Source: an uncultured Pseudomonadota bacterium
GTDB taxonomy: Bacteria > Oederibacteriota > Muellerivitia > Muellerivitales > Muellerivitaceae
DNA: 64,000 nt
Assembly (NCBI GenBank): GCA_963836235.1
Contig: CAWIIP010000002.1
Coordinates: forward strand, 768,001-832,000
Direction of reading: 5' to 3'
In this document: in pieces, positions 40,401 through 47,788 of the stretch
Layout of the letters: every line of letters starts with the position of its first letter
Numbering within the stretch: position 1 is the stretch's first letter
The notes under the pieces: generated by a model
The model's database searches: none
What the model was told of the DNA's origin: nothing
Seen by the model: the letters and a program-made list of their open reading frames with translations, nothing else
Position numbers and translations under genes: made by a program

Positions 40401-41846
40401 CCCACTACCATTAAAGAGATATACGGCCCCATGGTTGCCGCCGATCAACACATTGTTAGCGTTCACGGCGGCCACGGAAAGAAGGTTCTCAGTCACAGGA
40501 ATACCCAAGGCCCCTCCAGCGTTCAGATTGGTAAAGGTGGGAGGACTGCCTACGGTCTCATTATTATTGGAGTAATAGACTTGTCCGTTATTGCCCACGG
40601 CATAAATGTCACCGGAGCCATCATGAGTAATGGCGTTGATACTTCCTACCGGTTGAGCGCCAGGTAATAGGTTAGAGAAAGTTGTACAGCTATTTGGAAA
40701 AGTAACATTGGAAACTTGGAAAACAACGTTAGTCACGCCAGCGGCATTCAAATCATATCCGCCTATAAGAAGCCATCCATCGTTTGTCAAATCTATGGCG
40801 TCCAAATGATCCATGGAATTGGCCCCGCAAAAAGTTGTCGTATTAGTTGGGCCGCCCCCACCCAAAATTGGGGTTAAACAGCCGCCATTGGTATTGATAA
40901 GATTGGCAACGGAAGAACAGAATAAAACTGCGCCGTCACTCGCGGTCACATAAACACCACCACAACTTGGCCCAATTTTAATTGCGGTGAAATTTACCAA
41001 ATCATCCGGGTCCGTCGATCCAGGGTTATCATCAGGATCGTTATCCGCCTCAAAAAATGGAATGGCACCCAAACTAATAAACCCCGACCCACTGTTTACC
41101 AGCACAGTCCTATCATTGCCGACGACCACGTTGGTTACTCCGCCTGTACAGCAATCGATTCCATTTAAGTTTTGGGTGGTGGGTGAGGATTGGGTGGTTA
41201 AGGTGTTATTCGTCTCATTAAGACTTCCGATAAAACCGTTGTTCCCCACCACGTAGCCGCTGGTACTGCCGGGTGAAATACAAATGCCATTACCCTGATA
41301 ACTCACCGGTTGCCCCGGCGTCGGCTCAAAGGCGAGGGCCACACCCGCGCAGGCCTGTCCCAAGGCATTGCTATTCGCCACTGGGCTATTGTTCTGAAAA
41401 AGGGTGGCCGCGTTGGAGACCGGAACCGTCATACCCGAAACGCTTCCCACTAAAACTTGCAGGTCGATATGTTTAGTCGTGTTGTTAGCCATGCTAAAGG
41501 AGCCGAAGGTTACCGGGTTAGGGCCTGTCACCGGTAATACGGGAGAGACGGTGTAAGTACCGGTCGTGATATCCGTCTCGGTACTGACTATCGTGAATCC
41601 TGGCGGAAGGGTGTCCACCACGGTCAAATTATTCTCGGTAGTACCGGTTTGAAAATTATTGATGGTAAGATCGTAGGTGATAGTTGTGCCGGTCGCAAAA
41701 ATTCCCTCGTTGACGATCTTCACGATGGAAAGCCCCGGGGTGGGCGTGAATACGGGAGTTTGGGTTTGCGCCAAAAGCCGCGAAAAGGAAAACGATGTTA
41801 ACGCAAGGGACAAGAAAATTTGGAGAGGAATCTTTTTCAAGGCCAT
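34467..41846 (-). CDS. 2459-aa secreted mosaic protein: DUF11, YCF48/BNR-like propellers, lectin-like and CBM3-like modules, NHL propeller, Thr stalks, T9SS-like CTD
   Basis: Signal peptide; TITYDLTI..VVDTLP; V/IVG.NG repeats; TTDGGVTW and STDDGRTW Asp-boxes; six V.GQ..F blades with SD..NNRVL; C-terminal APN..LYSLAGE..ASGLY. Confidence 0.85.
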   Translation of the reverse strand: MALKKIPLQIFLSLALTSFSFSRLLAQTQTPVFTPTPGLSIVKIVNEGIFATGTTITYDLTINNFQTGTTENNLTVVDTLPPGFTIVSTETDITTGTYTVSPVLPVTGPNPVTFGSFSMANNTTKHIDLQVLVGSVSGMTVPVSNAATLFQNNSPVANSNALGQACAGVALAFEPTPGQPVSYQGNGICISPGSTSGYVVGNNGFIGSLNETNNTLTTQSSPTTQNLNGIDCCTGGVTNVVVGNDRTVLVNSGSGFISLGAIPFFEADNDPDDNPGSTDPDDLVNFTAIKIGPSCGGVYVTASDGAVLFCSSVANLINTNGGCLTPILGGGGPTNTTTFCGANSMDHLDAIDLTNDGWLLIGGYDLNAAGVTNVVFQVSNVTFPNSCTTFSNLLPGAQPVGSINAITHDGSGDIYAVGNNGQVYYSNNNETVGSPPTFTNLNAGGALGIPVTENLLSVAAVNANNVLIGGNHGAVYLFNGSGVQNLSNSMMQNKAVAWITNANGDIIGYAVVCEGTVTTYCLPPVPPIGPPSGTVTPTNTPTNTPSLTGTRTPPTVTTTITSTAFATSTATNTPTFTITSGPGTPGSPTSTQTAAATFTGTFTFTFTQSPNGTSGTGTPGSPTSTQTAAATFTGTPTFTITPNGTSGVGTGTVTTTPNSTSFSTDTPTPTISPTLTETGVANQNTLTPTPTPTPTSTIPVVDYHGVACISAGNGTFINLVVGDDGTLVERTTTGSGASSRVIPVVVSGVPVTVGFHAIFACTADEWWIVGANGTVVWTTDGGVTWNSLVLPGGTGVDLTDVKGNLGCSQLQIIGVGGQLWNVATNGTPGGTSVSGGTLGATSFGSAANCTGYAVPNPSDFSGGLLRFDKTFDFSSGGEQWIVGRNNLGQGFILHSSGSGIFCESSLPTTINGTAVNITEITDIFEQTGPPGSTNIWAVGNEACAGGTCYNVILHSTDDGRTWTSYPQLYTIPGLPNGVSNMTGINIEANTVRITTSTGQLIEFTQDPVTGAPNLLPVTQIGGTLTAVCSCVVCGLEGLFQPISDCSPFAVGGTFTFTPTFTPTYTTTSTTTNTPTLTPSGTFTNTFTPTYTFTVTNTFTISFTPTLTPTTVCTNFKVGSGQIPMSVSYIKFTGLVTQAAVDANNGTWPTALPGTSWIGLDANGDDTGTTTENYVYSGTFPATSAFSSYAIIAAADDAVTEIRINACVFPVFFGGKSFGSIAIPPGCLNTTGFNILTIVVEDTQKPFTGLDFSIVCNPFTPTVTTTFTTTPTNTPTHTATKTPTFTDTYTTTNTLTNTATLTSTFTLTNTPTPTATFTPTFTTTNTSTTSATNTVTYTATYTFTNTFTLTTTPTFTPSYTSTLTFTPTTTPCNCDFVNGAVIAHGPIETPVVGNYCFNEQLLLVPNPSKNYCSNSVSVSFSVVATVGTYTITSSSPDNTFAVPAAPTPYAISIPYTICGPAISNNPVFVILKSLGNTVCNQVITEGFGPLSPTYTSTFAATPTATPTSTATPGTSCVCTGWSTSCGITGLTSTNCASVALTITGTMPAGCSSVTVTLSATPATGTDTFSIVPTSLTISSLPVTVSVTVCDLTSALSGKNFIINMIDANGHTCSSCDPGIVPAFTPTPTFTPTISPTPALCGYGGVASPKVNLQVYCSQTDSQSRRWKVKILNEDSVPVTLSTLSIKMWFDQSGLVTAQWSGSNGTIYNSGGSTAGTINPPPNSAQAVAMSPPCVADSSHIANQVATLTFAGISGAIPVGGWVDGLEAWMTRCGTPCGNWDTPVVDYTQCNGTAYADDPYMAIYNNGHLLQEFVSSTVPDPESGVPPCAQQVTCTPTVTFTPTSTFTATRTFTITPTFTPTISPTPSPTANSTATAQGTATAQANATSTAIAAGTATEIAVATTQANETATTIAALSMTPTFTLTLISSPTATPSPTCPPACIFTPNQNSGLVIGQPNFTSNSVNQGLSNPTSQTLAGSQMGVFQAGNNLFVSDPVNNRVLLYNPVPTGNDPGATQVLGQSSFTGSLSNQTGLSASVTANTLAGPEGVWSNGTTLIVSDTNNNRVLIYHNISTLPIVDGSADVEIGQVDMVHSQANQGSAVGPRTLNINQAQYFVGVFYDGQRLFISDTGNNRVLIFNSLPVTNNAPADEVIGQSSFTNGLSQGSGPQGLFGPSGLWVSNGSLFVADSQNNRVLVYNNAGQGIDTLSEGTTNVAADAVVGQNSFTANAPSNAANGLNFPTGVYSNNCQLYIADSQNFRVVVYNNIPTGTTDPPADQVLGQPNLTTNTPPSSSQQNNLLPIDLQYSNGTLYVTDYDGVRVLGFTCANPSSPSPAFKGIKSSTLGGQSTTTPTPSQTPTITPTPFTGLLASAVVAPNVSRNGGPVKLLVNLGRNAQVHLTLYSLAGEEIYQTMVEGQVGLNSLLWNIQNSNNQAVASGLYVYLLQVDDGQTSESRTGNIAVLR

Positions 41847-42019
41847 TGTCCCGGTAAAGCGTTAAGGGTTCATGATTTTTGTTTGGAGATATTTTTTTGT
41901 GGAGGCCTTATTTTGTTCAAAAGAACTATCTTTGGCAATAAAAAATAACTAATTTGTTGTTCACTTTTTGACGCACCTTAAAGTGCTATAATTTCCACAT
42001 TATTCCGACTAAGGGCCGC

Positions 42020-44668
42020 ATGAAAGCATCCAAATTTTTCATATTGGCATTCAGCCTAATGCCTTTTTCTACTTGGGCAGCTTCTCAAGCCATATCTTTC
42101 TCTGCTCCCCCCAAAAATCCAGCCAATTGGCCTTATGAAGATGGCCAGGTACTCGTTCATTTCCAGAAATCCATACCAAAAGAAACAAGAGAGTCTTGGA
42201 TCAAGACTCTTGGTTACGAATATATCAAACCCCTCTATTCCGACGGATTCCTTTTAAAGGTTCCAAGTGGAACAGTTCCTGAAAAAGTAGAGAGTCTCAA
42301 GCATGACCCTCACTTTCGCCAAGTAACCCCCAACTACCTGGCTTATCCCTTGTCCTACACGCCCTACCCATTTCCCAATGACCCTAACTACCAAAATGGC
42401 AACGACGAATGGAATGTGAATGCCGTTCACATGGACCAAGCCTGGAACTCTAACGACCCTTGGATTGCTAACGCATCGTTAGGCAGATCAACCGCCGTGA
42501 TCGCCGTTTGTGACAGCGGCATCCGAACAACCCATGAGGACTTTGCCGGAAAAATAAATTCCAGCAGTTGGAATTTTTACGACGGGAACAGTGATGTAAC
42601 CGATATTTTTGGCCATGGTACTGCTGTTGCCGGCATTGCCAGTGCGGATGTCAACAACGGGCTTGGTGGAACCGGGATTTGCGCCAATTGTTCACTACTT
42701 GTTATAAAAATCACCCTGCCTAGTGGGGATAGCACGGATTTTTACCTAGAGGAAGGAATACAATACGCATTGCAAAACGGAGCGAAGGGAATCAACATAA
42801 GTTTTGGTGCTCCAGCGGGAACTCTCGATTATTACAGTAATCTTGCCTTCCAAGAAAACAGTGTTGTCGTTGGAGGAATGGGCAATGATGGTTCGAATAA
42901 CCAATATAGTCCTGCTAGTGATCCCAATGCGATCGGCGTGGGGGGGGTGGATCAAAGTGGTTCAAAGTGCTCTTTTTCCACTTATGGTTCTTGGATAGGA
43001 TTAGTGGCTCCAATTTGCAGTTCTGATTTTACTACCCAATACACCTGCGATAGTTGTTATGGTTTTTGGACAGGCACTTCCATGGCCGCTCCCCAGGTTT
43101 CTGCCATGGCCGCCATCCTGCTGGACCTAGGTCTCTCTCCTGCCGCAACTAAACAATGCCTCTATACCACCGCTGATACCTTAGGGGGTGGGTTCAATAT
43201 TCAAACTGGCTGGGGCCGTTTGAATTGCTACCGGGCTTTGGCCGCTATACGCCCCGCTTCCAATCTTTCCGCCTCTGGAGGGATGACCCAAGTTACCCTG
43301 AATTGGGTTGCCCCCCAGACCACCGCTTTTACGACCATCGACTATCTGATTTCCCGTTCCAACACGACTGGCGGCCCCTATACCCAGATAGGCCAAACCC
43401 CTAACGGTACCACTTTGAGTTTCAACGATACTTCTCCCAATCCCAATGTCCCTTACTACTATGTTGTCCAAGCCGTGGACGCCCAAGGCAACACCACGGT
43501 CGTTTCCAACGAATCCTCGGCCATGGCCACCGGCCCAACCTTCACCCCCACCGCCACCACCACCTTTACCGTCACTTCCACCCCCACGCCCAATTACGGC
43601 GACATGAGCGGCTTCACTTACGAAGGGCTCTGGCACCCGGTGAACGACCTGACTTCTCCTTGCCCCAACAGCTATACCCCGCCTTGGGCCGCCTATTGGG
43701 GCATCGACAGCCAATGCAATTTCCAATCAGGGAACACCAACCCAAGCACACTTATTTGCCCACCGTCGCTGTTCAAGGGTGTTGGTACTTCCAATTTTTG
43801 GATTTGGATGGATACGTCACCTAACGGGGCATATATTTACATGCAAACAGAAAGTTGTGGTGGTTGGTCAAATACGTCAATTTCCATACCTCAAAAAACT
43901 TGGTTTCCTATTAGCTATAATCAGGACGCTTGTTCAGGCGTGACCATCATCGCTTCCGCTTTGTCGGCAACCGGTAATACAGGGCGTGGTATATATATTG
44001 ATGACGTGGGTATCGGCACCCCCATCCCTACTTTCACTTTTACCCCCACCGGCACCATCTCCCCCTCGCCTACGGGCACCCCCACCTTCAACGAGTTCGC
44101 CGGAACCCCCACCTCGTCTTCCACCCCTACAAACACCTCCACGGGTACTCCCACACCAACCCCGTCAGCGACCCCCACCGACACCCCAACCGACTCGCCT
44201 ACCGACACCCCCTGCATGGTAGGCGGCATCCCCTGCACCAGCACTTTTAGCTTCACGCCGACCGACAGCTTTACCCCAACCAATAGCCCCACCAACAGCC
44301 CAAGCTTCACGCCGACTTATACCCCTACCTCGACTTCAAGCGTCACACCGACACCCACGACGACCCCCACTTCCACCCTCAACCCTTCCAGCCTTATTTA
44401 CGGTTACCTGGCCTATCCTAACCCCGTCAAAGGAAGCCAAGTGACCTTCGCTTACCAGCTTTCCCTCCCCGCGGATAAAGTCACCTTCAAGCTTTTCACC
44501 ACCGCCTTCCGCAAGGCCGCCGAGTTCAACGGCGCCACCAATGCCGGGGCCAATACCGTGCCTTTCGACGCTTCGAGCCTGGCTAATGGCCTTTACTATG
44601 CCGTTATGGAAGCGCAAGCGGGGGGGCATAAGGAACAGAAAATCGGAAAGCTGATTGTGGCGAAATAA
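42020..44668 (+). CDS. Secreted S8 subtilase with FnIII-like domain, Thr stalk and T9SS-like CTD
   Basis: Triad IAVCDSG / GHGTAVAG / GTSMAAP, oxyanion GMGND; VTLNW..YYYVVQAVD; AYPNP..LANGLYY..KLIV. Confidence 0.92.
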   Translation: MKASKFFILAFSLMPFSTWAASQAISFSAPPKNPANWPYEDGQVLVHFQKSIPKETRESWIKTLGYEYIKPLYSDGFLLKVPSGTVPEKVESLKHDPHFRQVTPNYLAYPLSYTPYPFPNDPNYQNGNDEWNVNAVHMDQAWNSNDPWIANASLGRSTAVIAVCDSGIRTTHEDFAGKINSSSWNFYDGNSDVTDIFGHGTAVAGIASADVNNGLGGTGICANCSLLVIKITLPSGDSTDFYLEEGIQYALQNGAKGINISFGAPAGTLDYYSNLAFQENSVVVGGMGNDGSNNQYSPASDPNAIGVGGVDQSGSKCSFSTYGSWIGLVAPICSSDFTTQYTCDSCYGFWTGTSMAAPQVSAMAAILLDLGLSPAATKQCLYTTADTLGGGFNIQTGWGRLNCYRALAAIRPASNLSASGGMTQVTLNWVAPQTTAFTTIDYLISRSNTTGGPYTQIGQTPNGTTLSFNDTSPNPNVPYYYVVQAVDAQGNTTVVSNESSAMATGPTFTPTATTTFTVTSTPTPNYGDMSGFTYEGLWHPVNDLTSPCPNSYTPPWAAYWGIDSQCNFQSGNTNPSTLICPPSLFKGVGTSNFWIWMDTSPNGAYIYMQTESCGGWSNTSISIPQKTWFPISYNQDACSGVTIIASALSATGNTGRGIYIDDVGIGTPIPTFTFTPTGTISPSPTGTPTFNEFAGTPTSSSTPTNTSTGTPTPTPSATPTDTPTDSPTDTPCMVGGIPCTSTFSFTPTDSFTPTNSPTNSPSFTPTYTPTSTSSVTPTPTTTPTSTLNPSSLIYGYLAYPNPVKGSQVTFAYQLSLPADKVTFKLFTTAFRKAAEFNGATNAGANTVPFDASSLANGLYYAVMEAQAGGHKEQKIGKLIVAK

Positions 44669-44678
44669 AACAGAAAAT

Positions 44679-44710
44679 AAAAAAGGCCCTCGAATTTTTC
44701 GGGAGCCCTT
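44679..44710 (-). terminator. Intrinsic terminator between convergent genes
   Basis: Imperfect stem ggccctcgaa/ttcgggagcc with an A6 run on + (U-tail on minus). Confidence 0.6.
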
Positions 44711-44768
44711 GTCTCGAGCAAGCGAACCACGTGCTCAATCAGAGAATCAATCGCCTTCCACGAGCCCT

Positions 44769-45203
44769 TTAAAGGGGAATATTGAAGGCATTAAGCCGCT
44801 TGAGGAAATGGGCGGGCGGTTCAATGATGACACCTTGGAAGGACATTAATGGCAGCAGGTGTTTCTTGTCCCCGGTGACGAGCACATCGCATTTTCCAAT
44901 GATTGCCACTTCCAAAACCCTGTCATCGGGTTGGTAGTTGATCGCGTTGATCCCGCCAGCCGGGACACAAACCGTGGAAGCGCTTCTGAACCGGTCTATC
45001 AAACGGCCGACTTTGTGCTCATGTTGGCCCATCTTATGGATGAGAACCCGGCGGACTTCCTCGAGGATATTGGGGCCGGTAACGTGGGAATAATCGAAGT
45101 CATAAAGCCGGTTTAAAATTTGGAGCGGGACGCCGCCATAAGCCACGCCGGAGATAATGACGTTGGCATCCAGGCAAACGGTTAAGGCGGACTTACCCGG
45201 CAA
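44769..45203 (-). CDS. PIN-family (PIN_3-like) toxin
   Basis: VCLDANVIISG, ILEE, DDRVLEVA, DVLVTGDKKHLL. Confidence 0.9.
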   Translation of the reverse strand: MPGKSALTVCLDANVIISGVAYGGVPLQILNRLYDFDYSHVTGPNILEEVRRVLIHKMGQHEHKVGRLIDRFRSASTVCVPAGGINAINYQPDDRVLEVAIIGKCDVLVTGDKKHLLPLMSFQGVIIEPPAHFLKRLNAFNIPL

Positions 45204-45429
45204 ATGGGCCGCCGAAGGCCGCGGAAGTTATCTTGTGTTTTTTGACGTACTTGCTGGTGCTCGCGTGGAGCTCGAGAAGTTCTTTTTTGGCCTGGTAGCG
45301 GTCGAAAGCGTCCCTAAGAATCGCGGTAACGGTGCGGTGTTCTTTCTTGGCCGCGGCGAGGACTTCTTTGCCCATGTCGGCGGGGAACGCGAACGTTATC
45401 GTCTTTGGCATCTTCAATTTTGTTGTCAT
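45193..45429 (-). CDS. Ribbon-helix-helix antitoxin
   Basis: TITFAFP...V...AKKEHRT...ILRDAF; overlaps the PIN gene. Confidence 0.8.
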   Translation of the reverse strand: MTTKLKMPKTITFAFPADMGKEVLAAAKKEHRTVTAILRDAFDRYQAKKELLELHASTSKYVKKHKITSAAFGGPFAG

Positions 45430-45459
45430 GGGATCCCCAGGTTGAATTCTTAATACATC

Positions 45460-45528
45460 TTATGGGCCTCCATCGGCCAATTCAAGGAGAAGAAGAAAAG
45501 GAAAAAAAATATCGGCTAAAAACCTCAT
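45460..45528 (-). pseudogene. Truncated remnant of a DUF5615 (PIN-like) toxin gene
   Basis: ATGA overlap with the DUF433 stop; begins MRFLAD, then unrelated sequence to a stop after 22 codons. Confidence 0.55.
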
Positions 45529-45752
45529 ACACCACTGCCCGTCAGGGGATGAACCTCCTCTTGGACCAGGGCGGCGGCATATTGGAGGGCTTGGTGGATA
45601 TCCTCCGCTTCAAGGTCGGGGTATTCCTGGAGTATTTCCTTCGTCGTCATGCCATCGGCAACCATGTTCACGACATGCGCAACGGTGATCCTCATTCCAC
45701 GGATACAAGCCTTCCCACCCATGATTTTCGGTTCAAAAGTAATCCTGTCCAT
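45525..45752 (-). CDS. DUF433 family antitoxin-like protein
   Basis: RITFEPKIMGGKACIRGMRITV...EILQEYPDLEAEDI..AL.YAA; GGAGG RBS. Confidence 0.93.
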   Translation of the reverse strand: MDRITFEPKIMGGKACIRGMRITVAHVVNMVADGMTTKEILQEYPDLEAEDIHQALQYAAALVQEEVHPLTGSGV

Positions 45753-46164
45753 TCACGGCCTCCCTTAGCCAAAAGCCTTGCGACGAAAACAGTTTAGCAC
45801 ACACGGCGCACTGAATGAATCCTGCCTATTATTGGGAATGAATTTGCCTATCAAAACCGGCTTGCCTTTTCACCATCCAACAAAAGTGACCCCCTTCAGG
45901 ACTAACTCAAGCCCGTCACAAAGTTCGTTTCTCTCGTTTCAGAACCACCGAAATTTTCCGCCTCGGCGCTTATCTTCACAGTCAGCTTCTATTCGAATCC
46001 CAAAACAGGCCAATTATTGTTCAAAAAATGTCTAAGGTTAAAGCGGAAACCTTTTTTCCCTAAAATTTTATTTGACGAAAAACATTTTTTGGAAATATCC
46101 TCCCCGCCATCAAGCTTCTTTAAAAATTTCATGGGCTTGAAATTTATTTTCTGGAGGAACGTTT

Positions 46165-47625
46165 ATGGAACCGATTTTGCTTCAAATCCCTGTCGCCAGG
46201 ATAAGACCCAACCCCAACAACTCCCGCCCAGTGATTACCCACGAAATGATCGAGATCAAGAAAGCCTCACTCGAGGCCGACGGCCAGTTGGACCCCATCA
46301 AGGTTCGACCCCTCACCCAGGAGGAAAAGGCTTCCGACCCGGAGCATGACTATGAGCTCATCGGGGGCCATATCCGGCTGGAGGCCGCCAAAAGCCTGGG
46401 CTGGGAAACCTTGAGGGCTTTGGTCTTTGCCTATACCCCCGCCGAAGCCGTCCTGCCTGGCATCATGGACAACAAGGGCCAGGACAGGCATTGGTTCTGT
46501 AAGTACCTGGATATCGAAGCCTTGTTGAAGGTATACCCGGACCTCTCCCAAAGACAGCTGGCCAACCGGCTGGAAATGAGCAAAACCGTCATAAACGAAG
46601 GTTTAAAACTATTAAAGTTCCTTAATCCATCCGCAAGGGAGTTGGTTGTCCGCACTGCGAACATAACAGAGCCTGCTACGACCTCAAGTGTCCGCAGTGC
46701 GGACACTACGGAACCTTCAAAAGCCTCAGATGTCCGCACTGCGGACACCATGGAGACGCCAGAAGACCCATGGGAGCTGGCGGAAGCCCCCGTCTATTGC
46801 CTCATGGACCTGGCGAACCCTCAAATGTCCTTGGAAGATATCCAGGACCTCATCTTAAAAGCCTTAAAAGTGGTCATTGACCGTCAAATGAGCGAATCCC
46901 AGGTGGAAAAACTGGTCGTTTGGATTGAAAAGGGCAACAGCCCCGAAAGTTTTGAGGATAAGGCTGAGCAGGTTCCTAACGAGGACCCCAACGACCCCCA
47001 TTCCTCTTATTGGACGGCCCTCCCCCCAAACGTCAAGGTAACCCGGACCAAAAAGGGATATGAAGTGCACGCCTCCCTGGCCCATAACGAGGGAGTACCG
47101 GTGGTTTATGGGATGTTGTCGAACCTTGAACACCTCAAACTGTTGTCGAAGGAACCCCATGACCCGCAATTCCGAAGCAAGCTGGAAGGGGTGATGGAGG
47201 AGGGGCGAAAAGCCCGGATCACCGCGAGGGAAGAGGCGGCCAAACAGGAAGCGGAACGCCAGGCGGCCCTTCAAGCGAAGGCCCAAGCCAAGGCCCAAAA
47301 GGCGGAGGCGGCAAAAGCAAAAAAAGAAGCATTATCTAAAACTGAGGTTGCTTCGTCGTCTTCGGCTTCCTATTCGGAAGCCACTCCTCGCAATGACGGA
47401 CAGCCCCAAGTTGGCCAGCCGAGTGCCGAAGCCGAAGCGGCTTCGGCCAATGACAGCAAAAAGGGATGGCTGAATCGAATCGCGGAAATGCTGAAGCAAA
47501 AGACCGGCATGGATGGGGGAGAGGTGGTGGAAGCCGTCGAAAGAAACCTTTGGAAGGACCTCAAATCGGCGGTCAATACCGTCATCAAGCAGATCTTTCG
47601 GCGATTCATTAAGAGAACCTTTTAG
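46165..47625 (+). CDS. Orphan ParB/Spo0J-like protein (CTPase-like N-domain, HTH, long C-terminal extension)
   Basis: IRPNPNNSR, GQLDPIKVR, YELIGGHIRLEAAKSLG, HTH LSQRQLANRLEMSKTVI; GGAGGA RBS; no parA adjacent. Confidence 0.85.
   Translation: MEPILLQIPVARIRPNPNNSRPVITHEMIEIKKASLEADGQLDPIKVRPLTQEEKASDPEHDYELIGGHIRLEAAKSLGWETLRALVFAYTPAEAVLPGIMDNKGQDRHWFCKYLDIEALLKVYPDLSQRQLANRLEMSKTVINEGLKLLKFLNPSARELVVRTANITEPATTSSVRSADTTEPSKASDVRTADTMETPEDPWELAEAPVYCLMDLANPQMSLEDIQDLILKALKVVIDRQMSESQVEKLVVWIEKGNSPESFEDKAEQVPNEDPNDPHSSYWTALPPNVKVTRTKKGYEVHASLAHNEGVPVVYGMLSNLEHLKLLSKEPHDPQFRSKLEGVMEEGRKARITAREEAAKQEAERQAALQAKAQAKAQKAEAAKAKKEALSKTEVASSSSASYSEATPRNDGQPQVGQPSAEAEAASANDSKKGWLNRIAEMLKQKTGMDGGEVVEAVERNLWKDLKSAVNTVIKQIFRRFIKRTF
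46647..46747. repeat. Three 17-bp palindromes TGTCCGCA(C/G)TGCG(G/A)ACA at 42-bp period inside the ParB-like gene
   Basis: tgtccgcactgcgaaca 46647-46663; tgtccgcagtgcggaca 46689-46705; tgtccgcactgcggaca 46731-46747. Confidence 0.92.
47344..47398. repeat. 3' half-copy of the REP/RPE-like element, in frame within the ParB-like CDS
   Basis: gaggttgcttcgtcg..ggcttcc-tattc-ggaagcc..ctcctcgcaatgacg aligns with about 1818-1862. Confidence 0.7.
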
Positions 47626-47642
47626 GGATAAAGGCCTCTTGA

Positions 47643-47690
47643 ACCACGACCTCTTAGCCTTTGGCCAAGAGGTCGTGGTGAAATGTTTTT
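47643..47690 (+). terminator. Strong hairpin after the ParB-like gene, probable terminator
   Basis: 13-bp perfect stem accacgacctctt/aagaggtcgtggt, followed shortly by tgttttt. Confidence 0.65.
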
Positions 47691-47788
47691 AAACAAGTAA
47701 CCGACTTTTCGCTTAATTTCCCCCACTCTTATAAAACACTTCACCGGAAAGGCCTCTTATAATAAGCCAATCCAATTTCCGGGTATTC

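Noticed and set aside
46647-46747. Possible mini-CRISPR array
   Set aside because: Repeats are only 17 bp, the two 25-bp spacers resemble each other, the array is in frame inside a CDS, and there are no cas genes.
44669-47788. Prophage, ICE or plasmid integration around the TA and ParB-like genes
   Set aside because: No integrase, relaxase, rep gene, tRNA target or flanking direct repeats found; it can only be called an accessory patch.
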